Shown one piece after another: positions 63,321 through 64,000 of a DNA stretch of 64,000 nucleotides (position 1 is the first letter of the stretch; each line of letters opens with the position of its first letter). A program made the translations under genes and the position numbers. Source of the DNA: Folioceros fuciformis (taxonomy: Eukaryota); contig JBNGIO010005394.1 in the NCBI GenBank assembly GCA_049999805.1, positions 42,576-106,575 on the forward strand. The letters are read 5' to 3'. Below the pieces are notes generated by a model. The model saw nothing but the letters and a program-made list of their open reading frames with translations. It was not told the origin of the DNA and ran no database searches.

Positions 63321-64000
63321 TGCTACAATTGATTGGAAAGAAAGGTAGATACACTAGTATGATGATTTGTGTGAAACGACCCGAACAGGAAAATGGATAA
63401 ATCAAACACTCATGATTAAATATGAAATCGGACAAAATTCAAACGACATGATACTCGCCAGATTACTATGTTTAGTCATGGTTTTCTATTTATGGACACC
63501 TGCAAATCCACATATATTGACACAATACATGATGTATGCGCTATTACGCGACATGTTGTTTTTGCACATTTACTCATCACCGGAAATAAACGCACATAAA
63601 TGTGGATGCATGACATGACATTTAAACCTCCAGCATGACAAAGCCCGAAATGGCAAAATTCGACCATTTTGATCAGACCATGTATTTGATATATCACAAT
63701 CACATGTTAGCATGGTGGTGTGTTGAGGTTGTATGCATATTGCTCCAACTTTAGCAAGCATGGTGCTGCAACTTCAAGGTCCATACATGTCGCTACAACT
63801 TCACCATGCCATTACAATGGGTGCCATCATGCTAGAGCCCATAATAAGACAGTTTGCTACAATGCTGGCCTCTCTTCGCCTAAATCTCAAGGGATTTTGT
63901 TTAAAGAAAATATTTGAGCTATTATGACACAGATTAACCTTATACATCTACAAAGGTAGGAGAATTAAACAAATGAGAACTGACCCTATGCCTCTAGAGA

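Overview
Plant nuclear DNA, most likely a fern. The inference rests on the PLS-class PPR style, the plant EAF1 exon structure and the TTTAGGG repeats. About half the window is nested, decayed retroelements. Five Ty1/Copia elements can be partly or fully reconstructed (133-3192, 3206-5760, 9582-22156 with a sixth nested at 12032-19322, 32645-37901, 39690-42285). Also present are the 3' end of a probable Gypsy element with an antisense ORF (5761-8940), two solo LTRs, a CRE-like non-LTR RT split by a Copia insertion, and a PIF/Harbinger transposon. The host genes are an intronless SPOUT1/C9orf114-like methyltransferase (-), a divergently transcribed PLS-E+ PPR (+), a small membrane protein and a multi-exon EAF1 (NuA4 scaffold). 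The best candidate for undescribed biology is a recurring pattern of accessory ORFs in these LTR elements. Non-gag ORFs lie between PBS and gag, one behind a telomeric (TTTAGGG)5 tract. Antisense ORFs lie between pol and the 3' LTR, one with a coiled coil plus CxxC..CxxC and one with a histone-H3-tail-like start. Other notable structure: a 1.35 kb microhomology-bounded inversion, a Copia with non-TG/CA termini, and a dispersed palindrome family arranged in 33- and 39-bp arrays. All calls come from manual reading; no searches were run.
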